Shown here: positions 26,143 to 35,821 of the stretch, piece after piece
Position numbering within the stretch: the first letter of the stretch is position 1
How the letters are laid out: each line of letters begins with the position of its first letter
Assembly: GCA_943356415.1 (NCBI GenBank)
Contig: CALREW010000001.1
Span: 16,528 to 80,527 of the forward strand
Length of the DNA: 64,000 nucleotides
Origin: Candidatus Nomurabacteria bacterium
Lineage (GTDB): Bacteria; Patescibacteriota; Minisyncoccia; Phycocordibacterales; SBAW01
Direction of reading: 5' to 3'
Program-made: the position numbers and the translations under genes
The notes under the pieces: generated by a model
Databases searched by the model: none
Told to the model about the DNA's origin: nothing
What the model saw: the letters and a program-made list of their open reading frames with translations, nothing else

Positions 26143-26264
26143 GGTGCCGGGAGAATCGCTTGGCCAAGAGCTCGTCCTGTCGCCGTCGCACCAGGACTCC
26201 TCTCGGCCCTGCCCGCGCGACCCATTCTACTGAATGGGTGCCCGCGCTTACTTTCAAGTCCTCT
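26143..26264. repeat. GC-rich structured tRNA-linked repeat E3 (between tRNA-Leu(CAA) and pyrF)
   Basis: About 85% identical to 12325-12451; hairpins GTCCTG..CAGGAC and ACCCATT..AATGGGT; ends with an inverted copy of the tRNA-Leu(CAA) 3' end. Confidence 0.7.
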
Positions 26265-26320
26265 CCCCAGCAACAATGCAAAACGCCCAGAGGTATACTC
26301 TGCTCGTTAAGCGTCTTGTG

Positions 26321-26403
26321 TGCCGGGAGAGAGACTTGAACTCTCACGCTGTCGCCAGCGGTGGGTTTTGAATCCACTGCGTCTACCATTCCGCCATCCC
26401 GGC
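26321..26403 (-). tRNA. tRNA-Leu(CAA), type II
   Basis: Acceptor GCCGGGA/TCCCGGC, anticodon loop TTCAAAA (A-C mismatch at the stem end), long variable arm, T-arm GAGAG-TTCAAGT-CTCTC. Confidence 0.75.
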
Positions 26404-26460
26404 AATGCGCACAAGATACGGCAAATAAGAACCAAATGCACGCTGTGTTAGTATATCGGC

Positions 26461-27483
26461 ATGTCAGGGTTCTATAGCGACGCCATTTTTTGGGTGGAGG
26501 TGGATAAAATCCAGCCAAACCCCTATCAACCTCGCAAAGAGTTCGATGAAGCGAAGCTTAAAGACCTCGCAGGTTCAATACGCCAGTACGGGGTGTTGCA
26601 ACCGCTCGTAGTAACGAGAAAAGAGTTTCAGAAAGACGATGGTGGCATAGGCGTCCACTACGAATTAATTGCCGGTGAGCGCCGTTTGCGTGCGTCGCGC
26701 CTCGCAGGTTTGCCTCAAGTGCCTGTCATCATTCGCGATGACGACCAGAGCGACATGATGAAGCTCGAGCTGGCTATCATCGAAAATTTACAGCGAGAGG
26801 ACCTCAATGCCATTGATCGTGCTCGTGCGTTTGAGCGTCTTGCAAACGAATTCAATTTCAAACACGGTGAGATAGCAAAGAAAGTAGGGAAGAGCCGCGA
26901 ATATGTTTCAAATACCATACGCCTCCTTGCAATGCCTGAAGTGATGCAGCAAGCGCTCTCCGAAGGACGTATCACCGAAGGTCATACACGACCCCTTCTT
27001 ATGCTCATCGATAGGCCAGAAGAGCAGGACGTATTGTTCCGCGAAATAATGTTGAAGAAACTCACGGTACGTGAGTCTGAAGCCATTGCTCGTCGTATCG
27101 CATTTGATAAGGTGCGCAAGCGCGAAAAGATGTATGACCCTGACATTGTCGAAATGGAACAGCGTCTTACTGAAGCGCTCGGCACTCGAGTTGCGATAGA
27201 GACAAAAGAAGTTGGGGGCAAACTCGTCATCGACTTTTTCTCTGACGATGACTTGCGAGACATTCTCATGATGTTTAATACCAAAGCTTCTGGCCCACGT
27301 CGCGGCTCGCTTCTTGCTGCGGTCGCTGATGCGGTTGGTTTTGGCTCTGGAGCCGCTGCAGCGGTTGAAACTTCAGCAGGAGAAGTGGCATCAATAACTG
27401 AAGAATCAAAAACGCCGATTGACGACACTCCTGTCGCAGAAATTCGCGAAGACGACTTCGACCCAAAGAACTTCGCGATTTAA
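26461..27483 (+). CDS. parB: chromosome partitioning protein ParB/Spo0J
   Basis: ParB N-terminal domain with the GERRLRA motif, an HTH, and a C-terminal dimerisation region; no parA upstream. Confidence 0.85.
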   Translation: MSGFYSDAIFWVEVDKIQPNPYQPRKEFDEAKLKDLAGSIRQYGVLQPLVVTRKEFQKDDGGIGVHYELIAGERRLRASRLAGLPQVPVIIRDDDQSDMMKLELAIIENLQREDLNAIDRARAFERLANEFNFKHGEIAKKVGKSREYVSNTIRLLAMPEVMQQALSEGRITEGHTRPLLMLIDRPEEQDVLFREIMLKKLTVRESEAIARRIAFDKVRKREKMYDPDIVEMEQRLTEALGTRVAIETKEVGGKLVIDFFSDDDLRDILMMFNTKASGPRRGSLLAAVADAVGFGSGAAAAVETSAGEVASITEESKTPIDDTPVAEIREDDFDPKNFAI

Positions 27484-27494
27484 TAGCAAAACCG

Positions 27495-27537
27495 CAGGCA
27501 TACTCATTTTCACGTTCGGACAAATGAGTATGCCTGC
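27495..27537. terminator. bidirectional terminator (16-bp stem) between the convergent parB and rel
   Basis: gcaggcatactcattt...aaatgagtatgcctgc. Confidence 0.7.
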
Positions 27538-27550
27538 GCTGAGGTAAAAA

Positions 27551-29119
27551 TTACGATTTGCGTTCGATTGAAAGGCGGATGTGGCGGCGGGCGAGTGCGG
27601 TTTTTGCAACATCAAGCCATTTTGCAGATGGGCGTGCACTTTTGCGCGTCTCGATATGCACGATGTCTGCATTTTGAAGTTTGGTATCGAGCGGCACCAA
27701 CTTACCGTTTACTTTCGCACCCCACATGTGGTCTCCGATATCAGAGTGGACTGCGTAGGCAAAATCGACAGGACTTGAGTCGGTTGGCAAGTCGATAACG
27801 TCGCCGGTCGGAGTAAAGACGAATACGCGATGGCTGAAGATGTCGCTTTTAAGTGACGTCTCAAATTCCTCTTCGTCGGCATCTTCCTCGCCGAGGGATT
27901 CTATCCATTCCGGCATTTTGGTCGGGACATAGCGGTTGCGCTCGCGCACTTTCATAGAGTTGTCATCAGAAATTGCCACTGGGTCTACCTTCTTACCAAA
28001 GCCAGGAATAAGACTACGTACCCACTCAAAACTTGTTTGTTTGCGTTCAACAAGCGGTTGTCCTGCGTCATCCGGCGCCTCACCTTCTTTATAGAGGACG
28101 TGGGAGGCAATACCAAATTCGGCTTCGCGATGCATGCGTTCGGTGCGTATCTGCACTTCTACCAAGCCGCCGTCACCTGCAAAGACGGTGGTGTGGAGGG
28201 ATTGATATCCGTTTGGCTTTGGAACGGTGATGTAGTCCTTGATTTTATTTGGGAGCGGGCGCCAAATGCTATGTACGATGCCAAGCACGCGGTAGCAGTC
28301 GTCCACGGTAGGAACGATAATGCGTAACGCGGCAATGTCATAAATATTTTCAATACCGACACCTTTGCGTGCGAGTTTGCGATACAGACTAAAGAGTCCT
28401 TTTACGCGCGCGTCGGTGCGAAACTCGGTGATACCCGCCTCGCCGAGCGCACGCTTAAGACCGCGATCGAGCTTATCGAGGCGTTCGACCGTTTCTTTTG
28501 TACGCTCGGTGAGAAGTTTTTTCGTTTTTTCGTATGCGTCAGGCTGTGCAAATTCAAACGCAAGATCCTCAAGTTCGCGACGAACAACACCGATACCGAG
28601 GCGATGTGCGATGGGAGCGTATATTTCAAGCGTTTCCAGGGCAATACGCTTGCGTTTTGCCTCCGGCACGTGGCGCAGCGTGCGCATGTTGTGCAGACGA
28701 TCCATCAACTTGATGATGAGCACGCGTACGTCTTTACTGGTTGCAACTAGTAGTTTTCGAAGACTCTCTCGGTGACGCTCCGCGCCGCGGTATTTCAAGT
28801 GACCAAGTTTGGTGACGCCTTCTACGAGAAAACGTATTTCTTTTCCAAATTCTTTTTCGATTGTTTCAGGCAAGACACCCACGTCTTCAACGCTATCGTG
28901 CAGCAAACCTGCAACGATGGTCTTGGCCCCCATGCCGAGTGAGGCGAGGCCTTTTGCAGTCTCGACGAGGTGTATGAGATAGGGTTCTCCAGAAAACCGT
29001 TTGTGATCTTTGTGCGCTTCGGCAGCAAATACGTAGGCTTTTAGAACGAGTTCAGTATCCTCGGCAGACGGGCCGTCCATCAGATCTAAAATTTCTTTGA
29101 CCGATGTCATTTCTGACAT
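27551..29119 (-). CDS. rel: RelA/SpoT-family (p)ppGpp synthetase/hydrolase (HD, synthetase and TGS domains)
   Basis: HD motif in the N-terminal hydrolase domain, a RelA_SpoT synthetase region, a C-terminal TGS-like VFVFTPTGDVIDLP. Confidence 0.8.
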   Translation of the reverse strand: MSEMTSVKEILDLMDGPSAEDTELVLKAYVFAAEAHKDHKRFSGEPYLIHLVETAKGLASLGMGAKTIVAGLLHDSVEDVGVLPETIEKEFGKEIRFLVEGVTKLGHLKYRGAERHRESLRKLLVATSKDVRVLIIKLMDRLHNMRTLRHVPEAKRKRIALETLEIYAPIAHRLGIGVVRRELEDLAFEFAQPDAYEKTKKLLTERTKETVERLDKLDRGLKRALGEAGITEFRTDARVKGLFSLYRKLARKGVGIENIYDIAALRIIVPTVDDCYRVLGIVHSIWRPLPNKIKDYITVPKPNGYQSLHTTVFAGDGGLVEVQIRTERMHREAEFGIASHVLYKEGEAPDDAGQPLVERKQTSFEWVRSLIPGFGKKVDPVAISDDNSMKVRERNRYVPTKMPEWIESLGEEDADEEEFETSLKSDIFSHRVFVFTPTGDVIDLPTDSSPVDFAYAVHSDIGDHMWGAKVNGKLVPLDTKLQNADIVHIETRKSARPSAKWLDVAKTALARRHIRLSIERKS

Positions 29120-29192
29120 TGTACCTTATTTGCCAGATCCTGTTGAGTGTGGCCTATTTTTAATACTTTGCTTTCACGCCACCTTGTGAGGT

Positions 29193-31412
29193 TTACTTTT
29201 TAGCCTTCTTTGCCTTTGGGTCTGCATTTAACTTATGCGGGTTATGGTTAGGGCAGACTTTATTACTACATCGCTCTGGGATGGTCTTTGTACCTTCCAT
29301 CATGAGAGAGTTGCACATTGGGCAAAATGCACCGGTTGGTTTTGCTTTAATGGCGTTTTTGCAGTCAGGATAGTTGCTGCAGGAGTAGAAGATGCCGAAC
29401 TTGCCGCGGCGCTCAACCATTTCTCCTTTGTTGCAGGTCGGACAAGCAACGCCCGTCTTCTTCTTTTCCGCTTCTACCGGATCTTCTTTCACAAATTTAC
29501 ATTTGGGGTAGCGATTGCAGGAGATAAATTTACCGAAACGTCCGTCGCGTTCAATAAGTTTTCCGTCGGTGCACGTTGGACACGCCTCACCGGTCTCTTT
29601 GGGACCTTCTATTTCGCGACCTTCGACAGTGCGTGCGCCGACGCAGGCAGGGAATTTTGAACAGCTCATAAAGCGTCCAGAGCGTGAAAGTTTAAATACC
29701 ATACTGGCGCTGCACACCGGACAGAGAAATTCTTCTGGCACGGGTCCGAGGTCGGTTATTTTGCCGGCTTCTTTGGACTTGGCCTTAACGTCTTTAAGGA
29801 ATGGCCCGTAAAAATCTTTGAGCGTCTTAAGGTACGCACGCGTGCCGCCAGCTATTTCGTCGAGCTTGTCTTCCATTTCAGCGGTAAAGGTGTCGCTGAT
29901 GTAGTTGGCGAAGTTTTCTTCAAGAAAGCCTGAAACCACCATGCCTGTGTCGGTAGGCATCAACGAGCGGCCATCTTTGATGACGTATTCGCGATCAACA
30001 ATAGTCTTGATGGTCGAGGCGTACGTAGATGGGCGTCCAATACCGCGTTTTTCAAGTTCTTTAACGAGGCCGGCTTCTGAGTAGCGTGGTGGTGGCTGGG
30101 TCTGCTTCTCTTCACTTGTCATATCGATAAGTGTGAGTTTTTCGCCCTCTTTTACTTTAGGGAGTTCTACGTCTTCACCGCGCGCCTGTGGGTCCGCCTT
30201 GAGCCAGCCGTCATACACCACACGAGAGCCGTTGGCCTGGAAGTCGGGAATTGTTTTGTCAGACGCGGTAGCGATTATTTTTGTCTTAAGGAGACCTGCC
30301 TCTTTCATCTGTGAGGCAACGGTGCGGCTCCATATAAGGTCATAGAGTTTATTTTCCTCAGGTGTGCCGTGAATGCTTTGCGCATCGATGTGGGTTGGGC
30401 GTATGGCTTCGTGTGCTTCTTGTGCGTTCTTAGACTTAGTTTTAAACACACGTGAAAGGGCGTAGCTCTCGCCGTACTCCTTTTTTATTATTGCGAGTAT
30501 CTGTGCCTTTGCCGCTGCGCCAAGATTCGTTGAGTCGGTACGCATATAGGTGATATGACCGCGCTCATACAGTTTCTGCGCTATTTGCATCGCGCGTGAT
30601 GGAGAGAAGCCCAAGCGAGATGATGCTGCCTGCTGAAGTGTCGAGGTCGTAAATGGCGGGCGAGGAGAGCGCTTCATTTCACTTTCCGTCACTGAACCAA
30701 CCGTCCAGCCAGCCTTCTTTGACGCTTCAAGAATGTGGTCAGCCTCCTTCTTCTCTTTCGGCTCTATGGAACAGACAAAAGGAATACGCTCTTTGCGCGG
30801 CGTATCCATGAGCGCTTCTATGGTGTAGAAGGTTTCGGGTATAAACGCACGTATCTCGCGCTCACGTTCTGCCAGAATGCGTAATGCAGGTGATTGCACG
30901 CGGCCCGCTGAGAGACCATAGCGAACCTTCTTCCAAATAAGACCAGAGAGGTCATACCCCACAAGACGATCAAGCACGCGACGTGCCTCTTGCGCCTCGC
31001 GAAGATTCTCATCTATTTGGCGTGGAGATTTTAATGCCTCGGCAATGGCTTCTTTGGTTATTTCATGAAAAACGATGCGCTTCGGTTTCTTTAGCCCGAG
31101 CGCTTCTTTGAGGTGCCAAGAAATAGCCTCGCCTTCGCGGTCGGGGTCGGTTGCGAGAAGTACGTCCTTTGCCTTTGCGGCTAGTTCGCGCAACTCCGCG
31201 ACAATAGGGCGTTTGGCAGGAGTGATTTCATAATGAGGAATGAAGCCTCCTTCGATATCGATAGCCTTCTTATTGTTCTTAGGCAAATCGCGAACGTGAC
31301 CCACCGATGCGCGTACGAGAAATTCGCCTGCTGGATCAATATCAGCAAGATATTTTTCGATAGTCTTTGCTTTCGCGGGTGACTCTACTATCAGTAGCTT
31401 CATTAAGTACAA
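29193..31412 (-). CDS. topA: DNA topoisomerase I
   Basis: TOPRIM and Topo IA core (TYMRTDS active-site Tyr) plus multiple C-terminal C4 zinc ribbons. Confidence 0.9.
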   Translation of the reverse strand: MYLMKLLIVESPAKAKTIEKYLADIDPAGEFLVRASVGHVRDLPKNNKKAIDIEGGFIPHYEITPAKRPIVAELRELAAKAKDVLLATDPDREGEAISWHLKEALGLKKPKRIVFHEITKEAIAEALKSPRQIDENLREAQEARRVLDRLVGYDLSGLIWKKVRYGLSAGRVQSPALRILAEREREIRAFIPETFYTIEALMDTPRKERIPFVCSIEPKEKKEADHILEASKKAGWTVGSVTESEMKRSPRPPFTTSTLQQAASSRLGFSPSRAMQIAQKLYERGHITYMRTDSTNLGAAAKAQILAIIKKEYGESYALSRVFKTKSKNAQEAHEAIRPTHIDAQSIHGTPEENKLYDLIWSRTVASQMKEAGLLKTKIIATASDKTIPDFQANGSRVVYDGWLKADPQARGEDVELPKVKEGEKLTLIDMTSEEKQTQPPPRYSEAGLVKELEKRGIGRPSTYASTIKTIVDREYVIKDGRSLMPTDTGMVVSGFLEENFANYISDTFTAEMEDKLDEIAGGTRAYLKTLKDFYGPFLKDVKAKSKEAGKITDLGPVPEEFLCPVCSASMVFKLSRSGRFMSCSKFPACVGARTVEGREIEGPKETGEACPTCTDGKLIERDGRFGKFISCNRYPKCKFVKEDPVEAEKKKTGVACPTCNKGEMVERRGKFGIFYSCSNYPDCKNAIKAKPTGAFCPMCNSLMMEGTKTIPERCSNKVCPNHNPHKLNADPKAKKAKK

Positions 31413-31453
31413 CTAGATACGCGTGTTTCGAACTTCTGTCAAATGCGATTGTT

Positions 31454-32311
31454 CTAATTGCGAAGAACTTTACCGAGTTCTTCGCGCACCGCTCCTTTGA
31501 TTAAAAGCATTGAAAGCGCGACGTTTACTCGCTGCTGCGGCAGTACGCAGCGTCCACTTAGTTCACCTCGCTCACATGGTTCGTAGAGCGCCTCGTATAC
31601 TTCGCGTTCGTCGTCGGAGAGATCGAGGCGCATCTGTGGAGAGGCTTCTTCAACACGTATATCGAGTGCTTCTAAGATGTCGGCGCCCGAGCGCACGAGG
31701 GTAGCTCCAAGGCGGATAAAGGTATTCGTACCGGCACCCGTCTCGCTGCCGAGCGGGTGGGGAATGGCGAGCACTTCGCGGTTGTAGTCGAGCGCGAGGC
31801 GGGCGGTCACAAGGGTGCCGGACTTCTCGGCCGCCTCTATTAATAGAGTGGCTCGGCTTAGACCAGCCATGATCCGGTTTCGCGCAAGGAAGGTCCAACG
31901 GGCTGGTCTCGCCTCTGGCTCATATTCTGATATCAGCGCTCCGCCTTTCTCTAATATCCTGCGCGCTAACGGTCGGTGGCTGGCAGGATAGAGCGCTGTG
32001 TCATCGAGACCTGATGGCATAACGGCAAGGGTGGGGAGCCCGGCTTTCAATGCTGCTTCATGCGCAATACTGTCGAGTCCGAGTGCGAGCCCTGAAATAA
32101 TAGCAACCGGGTATCCAGCCAACGAAGCTACAAGTTGCTCGCACATACGCTTGCCGTAGGTGCTGTACTTGCGCGAACCAACCACTGCCAGCGGTACATA
32201 CGCTTCGGACGGAAATTCACCTCTTATATAGAGGTGCCGGGGCGCGTCAGGTATCTCCCGCAGAAGAGGCGGAAATTCGTCGAACCCCATTTGTCGCAGG
32301 GGGTACTGCAC
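31454..32311 (-). CDS. dprA: DNA-processing protein DprA/Smf
   Basis: LAVVGSRKYSTYG...ISGLALGLDSIAHEAAL Rossmann-like DprA core. Confidence 0.8.
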   Translation of the reverse strand: MQYPLRQMGFDEFPPLLREIPDAPRHLYIRGEFPSEAYVPLAVVGSRKYSTYGKRMCEQLVASLAGYPVAIISGLALGLDSIAHEAALKAGLPTLAVMPSGLDDTALYPASHRPLARRILEKGGALISEYEPEARPARWTFLARNRIMAGLSRATLLIEAAEKSGTLVTARLALDYNREVLAIPHPLGSETGAGTNTFIRLGATLVRSGADILEALDIRVEEASPQMRLDLSDDEREVYEALYEPCERGELSGRCVLPQQRVNVALSMLLIKGAVREELGKVLRN

Positions 32312-32354
32312 GGTAGTATCTATTCTATCCTTTTATAGGGCCACCTCACGCGCC

Positions 32355-33632
32355 ATGCTTGATATTAAATTCATTCGAGAGAACCCCGACATCGTGCGGG
32401 CGACACTTAAGAACAAAAACCGCGAGGTTGATCTTGACCGCGTACTTCAGCTTGCTGATGAACGCAAAGAAGCAGCACAAAAGGTTTCTGACTTAAACCG
32501 CAAGAAAAATGAAGCCGCTGCCGCTCGTGACATCGAAGCTGGTAAGGCCGTTAAAGACGAGCTCAAAGCGGCAGAAGAGGCACATGCGACGCTAGAAAAA
32601 GAACTCGTCTCTCTCCTCATCAAAATTCCGAATGTCCCGTCTCCGGACACGCCCATCGGTCCGGACGAATCAGGCAATGTGGTTGCGCGTGAGTGGGGAG
32701 AGAAACCGCAATTTTCTTTTAAGCCAAAAGAACATTGGGAACTCGGGAAAGATCTAGGCATTATTGACACTGAAAAAGCTTCAGAAGTATCTGGCGCCCG
32801 TTTTGCCTATTTGAAAGGTCCACTGGTTATGCTTGAGATGGCACTTATGGACTTTGCTTGGAAGACGCTGACGTCAAAGGAGAAACTTGCCGGCATTATA
32901 AAAGACGCAGGGCTTTCTGTAAGTGATAAACCGTTTGTCCCTGTTATCCCGCCGCTTTTGATGCGTGCGCAAGTTATGAACCGCATGGCGCGCCTTGATC
33001 CGATCGATGAGCGATACTACTTCGAAAAAGACGAGATGGTGTTTATCGGTAGCGCCGAACACACCCTTGGTCCGCTTCATATGGATGAGACGCTTCCTGA
33101 AGATGCATTTCCACTTCGCTACGTGGCGCTCACGCCGGCGTTTCGTCGTGAAGCCGGTTCGTACGGAAAAGATACAAAAGGTATTTTACGTCTCCATCAA
33201 TTCAACAAAATGGAAATGGAAAGCTTCACCAAGCCTGAAGATGGTATGCAGGAGCAGGACCTTATGGTGGCGATACAGGAATACTTTATGCGCGCGCTCA
33301 AACTTCCGTATCGTGTGATGTCCATTTGTACTGGCGATATGGGTTTCCCTGATCATCGCCAGATAGATATCGACGCGTGGATGCCAGGACAAGATACCTA
33401 TCGCGAAACGCACACTTCAGACTATATGGGTGGTTTTCAAGCGCGCCGCCTCAATAGCCGCATCAAGCGTACCGACGGCACCATTGAACCGGTCCACATG
33501 AACGATGCAACTGCACTTTCACAGCGCCCACTCATTGCCATCATAGAGAACTATCAGCAGGAGGATGGGTCGATTGTAGTTCCTGAAGTTTTGCGCTCCT
33601 ATATGGGCACCGACGTTATCCGTAAAAACTAG
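32355..33632 (+). CDS. serS: seryl-tRNA synthetase
   Basis: N-terminal coiled coil and class II aaRS motifs (FRREAGS, GSAEHTLG). Confidence 0.9.
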   Translation: MLDIKFIRENPDIVRATLKNKNREVDLDRVLQLADERKEAAQKVSDLNRKKNEAAAARDIEAGKAVKDELKAAEEAHATLEKELVSLLIKIPNVPSPDTPIGPDESGNVVAREWGEKPQFSFKPKEHWELGKDLGIIDTEKASEVSGARFAYLKGPLVMLEMALMDFAWKTLTSKEKLAGIIKDAGLSVSDKPFVPVIPPLLMRAQVMNRMARLDPIDERYYFEKDEMVFIGSAEHTLGPLHMDETLPEDAFPLRYVALTPAFRREAGSYGKDTKGILRLHQFNKMEMESFTKPEDGMQEQDLMVAIQEYFMRALKLPYRVMSICTGDMGFPDHRQIDIDAWMPGQDTYRETHTSDYMGGFQARRLNSRIKRTDGTIEPVHMNDATALSQRPLIAIIENYQQEDGSIVVPEVLRSYMGTDVIRKN

Positions 33633-33635
33633 CGC

Positions 33636-34457
33636 ATGCGCTCTCGCGTTGGCGTTGTCTTGCCACCCTCGAAGCTCAAAGAGCGTCGTAAGCGTGCACG
33701 CACGGTTAGTATCGTCGTATGGTCATGTGCCGCGCTTCTTCTTTGCGCTGCGATCGTCGGTTTCTTCTATATACCGGCCTTCGCCATACGCGACATACAA
33801 GTCGAAGGAGTAGGGAGTCTTTCCGTCGAATCGATACAGACTCGCGTACAAGAATCGCTGCGCGGCAGACGATACCTCGTTTTTCCTAAAAAAAATGCGT
33901 TTGTTTATTCGGATGCTGCGGTTGCTTCCGACCTTAAGACGGCATTTCCAAAGCTCGACACTATTGTTGTATCTCTTGAAAATTTTCACTCGATTAAGGT
34001 GGTGGTAACTGAGCGCAAACCGTACGCGACATTTTGCGGCGCTTCGCCTGACGTATCTCAAAGCCCGTGTTTGTTTCTTGATGTAAGTGGTGTTGCCTAC
34101 GAGCCTGCGCCAGATTTTTCTGATAATGCGTATGTGCGTTGGTATGGTGGTGGGGCGTTGGTATCCGGCGCGCGGTACCTCGCGGAGGAAAAATTTCGCT
34201 CAGTCAGCGCGCTTGTTGACGCCTTCCATTCAGTAAAACTCGAACCAGTATCCACGTATGTTAATGAAGCAGAGGATGTGAGCGTGAAAGATCGCTCAGG
34301 TCTTGAAGTTCGCTTCACGCTTTCACGTAAGCCAGAAGAGGTGCTCAACTTATTGCGAGCGGCACTTATTTCCGAGGTGCTTGTGGGCAAGGCTCTTTCT
34401 TCGATTGAGTATATCGATTTGCGGTTTGGCAACCGTCTGTACTATCGCTTGAGATAA
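33636..34457 (+). CDS. FtsQ/DivIB-like cell-division protein (POTRA domain)
   Basis: Basic N-terminus, one TM, then IRDIQVEGVGSLSVESIQ... POTRA-like region and a beta-rich C-terminus. Confidence 0.5.
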   Translation: MRSRVGVVLPPSKLKERRKRARTVSIVVWSCAALLLCAAIVGFFYIPAFAIRDIQVEGVGSLSVESIQTRVQESLRGRRYLVFPKKNAFVYSDAAVASDLKTAFPKLDTIVVSLENFHSIKVVVTERKPYATFCGASPDVSQSPCLFLDVSGVAYEPAPDFSDNAYVRWYGGGALVSGARYLAEEKFRSVSALVDAFHSVKLEPVSTYVNEAEDVSVKDRSGLEVRFTLSRKPEEVLNLLRAALISEVLVGKALSSIEYIDLRFGNRLYYRLR

Positions 34458-34534
34458 CAAAAACGCCGCGCATTGCGCGGCGGACCCGGGTAGGGTCTGA
34501 GGGAGAAAGCGACGTTGGCTTCGGTGTGACCGTC

Positions 34535-34768
34535 TTAGGTCAGAGGCCGGCCATCGCGGTCCGTGTTCTGGTGCGCGACTGCGAGCTCAGGCAGCAGCGA
34601 CTGCGGGTGGATGATGCCGACCAGGATGATCCTGAGGGCATCGAGCAACTTGAAGAGCATCTGCGCCTCCGTTGGTTGGCATTCCCATTGTAGCAGTTTT
34701 AGGTTATAACGCCACAGTGAACTCATTCTGGAGCAAACTCCCAAAACCTTTTTTTGTTCTGGCGCCAC
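34535..34768 (-). CDS. small hypothetical protein in a short high-GC islet (uncertain)
   Basis: 77 aa ORF in a GC-rich roughly 250 bp segment with its own perfect-palindrome terminator (cgccgcgcattgcgcggcg plus T-run on the minus strand) at about 34466-34500; overlaps the annotated 5' end of dus. Confidence 0.25.
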   Translation of the reverse strand: MAPEQKKVLGVCSRMSSLWRYNLKLLQWECQPTEAQMLFKLLDALRIILVGIIHPQSLLPELAVAHQNTDRDGRPLT

Positions 34769-35700
34769 TCGCGAATGTAACCGACGCGGCCTTTCGTCGT
34801 GTCATTGCGAAGTATGGCAAACCTGATGTCATGTGGACGGAGTTCGTTTCGGCCGATGGGCTTTTTATGGCGAAGAATTATTTGGGCGAAGATGGAAAAC
34901 CAAAGAGTTCACACCCGCTTTTAAAAGATTTTTTGTACACCGAAGCAGAGCGTCCTATCGTCGCGCAACTTTTTACATCACGTCCTGAGATGATGGAGAA
35001 AGCAGCAGCGCTTGCTCGTGAGATGGGTTTTGACGGCGTCGATATCAATATGGGATGTCCGGATAAGACAATCGAGAAACAAGGCGCGGGTGCTGCGATG
35101 ATAAAAGATCCAGTGCGTGCACTTGAAGTTATAGCAGCAGCAAAACAAGGAGCGGGAAGTTTGCCCGTGTCAGTCAAAACGCGAGTTGGCTACAACCGGA
35201 TTGAACTTGAAACATGGTTACCAAAACTTCTTTCCTCGGGAATCGCCGCACTTACGGTGCACGCGCGTACACGCAAAGAGATGTCGCTTGTTCCAGCGCG
35301 ATGGGAGCATGTAGCTGAGGCAGTGAAATTGCGCGATGAACTTGCCCCCAGCACACTCATTATTGGAAACGGCGACGCGCTTTCGATCGCGGACGCTCAT
35401 ACAAAAGTAGAAGCAACCGGCGCAGACGGAGTGATGCTTGGGCGCGCAATTTTTGGCAACCCTTGGTTATTTTCTGAAATGATTCCGACGCTTCAAGAAA
35501 AGTTGAATGTCATGGTGGAGCACACAAAATTGTTTGAAGAATTGCTCGGCGACACAAAGAGTTTTGCCATTATGAAAAAGCACTACAAAGCGTACGTAAA
35601 TGGCTTTGACGGAGCGAAGGAACTACGTATGGAACTTATGGAAGCAAAGGATGCGGCAGAGATAGCCGAAAAGATACAAGCTTTTCTCAAGACAATCTAA
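34672..35700 (+). CDS. dus: tRNA-dihydrouridine synthase
   Basis: LAPLANVTDAAFR...TIM-barrel Dus motifs with the Cys in NMGCP; the true start may be the downstream GTG (VNSFW...). Confidence 0.85.
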   Translation: MVGIPIVAVLGYNATVNSFWSKLPKPFFVLAPLANVTDAAFRRVIAKYGKPDVMWTEFVSADGLFMAKNYLGEDGKPKSSHPLLKDFLYTEAERPIVAQLFTSRPEMMEKAAALAREMGFDGVDINMGCPDKTIEKQGAGAAMIKDPVRALEVIAAAKQGAGSLPVSVKTRVGYNRIELETWLPKLLSSGIAALTVHARTRKEMSLVPARWEHVAEAVKLRDELAPSTLIIGNGDALSIADAHTKVEATGADGVMLGRAIFGNPWLFSEMIPTLQEKLNVMVEHTKLFEELLGDTKSFAIMKKHYKAYVNGFDGAKELRMELMEAKDAAEIAEKIQAFLKTI

Positions 35701-35821
35701 GCGCCTTGTCGGCATTTGTCGGTGCGTATATGCTGCAATTTGGTAGTACGGAAACTAGTCTAGTTTCCAGTGTAATGAGTAAAAATAGGAGATACCAGCA
35801 CACGCAAAACGTGAGGAGGAA

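Noticed and set aside
25175-26518. The 447 aa ORF-track version of pyrF, overlapping parB
   Set aside because: The N-terminal 137 codons have no ODCase similarity, overlap tRNA-adjacent repeat E3 and run into parB. The conserved fold begins at MIACGH (26107).
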